From positions 1-41,624 of the forward strand of contig JAISEQ010000352.1 in assembly GCA_031264045.1 (NCBI GenBank): a stretch of DNA of 41,624 nt. The letters are read 5' to 3'. Below the pieces are notes generated by a model. That model made no database searches. It saw only the letters and a program-made list of their open reading frames with translations, and was not told the origin of the DNA. Position numbers and translations under genes: made by a program. Below are positions 41,068 to 41,624 of the stretch, piece by piece (positions within the stretch are counted from its first letter, which is position 1; every line of letters begins with the position of its first letter). This DNA is from Deltaproteobacteria bacterium (GTDB taxonomy: Bacteria; Desulfobacterota; Desulfarculia; Adiutricales; Adiutricaceae).

Positions 41068-41624
41068 ATGCTTAAGATAAGAGGCCTCTCCAAGTACTTC
41101 GCGCGGGGCACCGTGAACGAGGTGAGGGCGCTGAACCGCCTCGACCTCAACGTCGAGACGGGGGAGTTCATCTCCGTCATAGGCTCCAACGGCGCCGGCA
41201 AGTCAACTCTCCTCAGCTGCATAGCCGGAGCGGACATCCCCGAGGAGGGACGGCTGGTCCTGGACGGGACGGACATCACCGTCTGGCCGGAGCACAAAAG
41301 GGCAAAGCACATGGGCCGCGTCTTCCAGGATCCCCTGAGGGGCACCTGCGCCTCCATGTCGATCGAGGAGAACATGGCGCTCGCCCAGCGCCGCGGGAAA
41401 CCGAGGACTCTCCGGTCCGGCATCACCAGAGCGGAGCGCTCCCGCTTCAGGGAAGTGCTCGCCCGCCTCGATCTCGGTCTGGAGAAGCGGCTGGGCGAGC
41501 CGGCCGGCTTCCTCTCCGGCGGGCAGCGGCAGTCGCTCACCCTTCTGATGGCCACCCTGGTGCGCCCCACCCTCCTTCTCCTGGACGAGCACACCGCCGC
41601 CCTGGACCCCCGCACGGCCGGGCT
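41068..41624 (+). CDS. ABC transporter ATP-binding protein (COG1101-type), 3'-truncated by the window edge
   Basis: My own translation from ATG 41068 (GAGGGG Shine-Dalgarno 7 nt upstream) gives MLKIRGLSKYF... with Walker A GSNGAGKST, signature LSGGQRQS and Walker B LLLLDEHTAALD. It is absent from the ORF track because no stop occurs before the end of the window. Confidence 0.9.
   Translation, partial: MLKIRGLSKYFARGTVNEVRALNRLDLNVETGEFISVIGSNGAGKSTLLSCIAGADIPEEGRLVLDGTDITVWPEHKRAKHMGRVFQDPLRGTCASMSIEENMALAQRRGKPRTLRSGITRAERSRFREVLARLDLGLEKRLGEPAGFLSGGQRQSLTLLMATLVRPTLLLLDEHTAALDPRTAG

Overview
High-GC (about 70% by eye) chromosomal segment from a diderm, LPS-making bacterium, with a lower-GC accessory region embedded in it. 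I cannot assign taxonomy from sequence alone. The heavy use of ATA (Ile) and AGG (Arg) codons despite the high GC is a lineage signature worth following up.

Core block 1 (1-12.8 kb, all + strand, mostly coupled by ATGA/GTGA start-stop overlaps):
- lpxA, lpxI, lpxB, an msbA-like ABC exporter and an RNB-family exoribonuclease.
- DUF4416, yicC, remA (DUF370), gmk and an rlmB-like methyltransferase with a roughly 370-aa repeat-rich N-terminal extension.

Accessory region (about 12.8-23.6 kb):
- an IS5/IS1182-like transposase tail remnant;
- a 193-aa protein made of 27-residue ankyrin-like repeats;
- a roughly 1.8-kaa PilY1/PilC-family type IV pilus tip adhesin with no pilin genes beside it;
- about 1.85 kb of AT-rich ORF-free DNA carrying an 11-bp tandem array;
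- a secreted UshA-type 5'-nucleotidase.

Remainder of the window:
- a BI-1/YccA gene and a small membrane-protein gene, separated by a 53-bp x3.5 hairpin tandem repeat;
- a 1.4-kb spacer, then ruvX-mltG and lptF-lptG;
- two tandem, coupled Cache-type hybrid histidine kinases on the minus strand. The upstream one has degenerate ATP-binding, receiver and HPt motifs. A near-consensus sigma70 promoter lies about 880 nt upstream of them;
- 2.3 kb without credible genes;
- a COG2984-type ABC importer (binding protein, permease, partial ATPase).

No rRNA, tRNA or CRISPR array was recognised. Most long ORFs in the supplied track are stop-poor shadow frames of high-GC DNA and were not called.

Recurrent oddities:
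- Pro/Gly/Ala/Arg-rich low-complexity insertions in otherwise conserved housekeeping proteins;
- long GC-rich non-coding spacers;
- many short tandem repeats in leaders.

I found no single clearly novel multi-gene system. The best candidates for follow-up are the orphan PilY1 island, the degenerate/canonical kinase pair with its long leader, and the repeat-bearing leaders.
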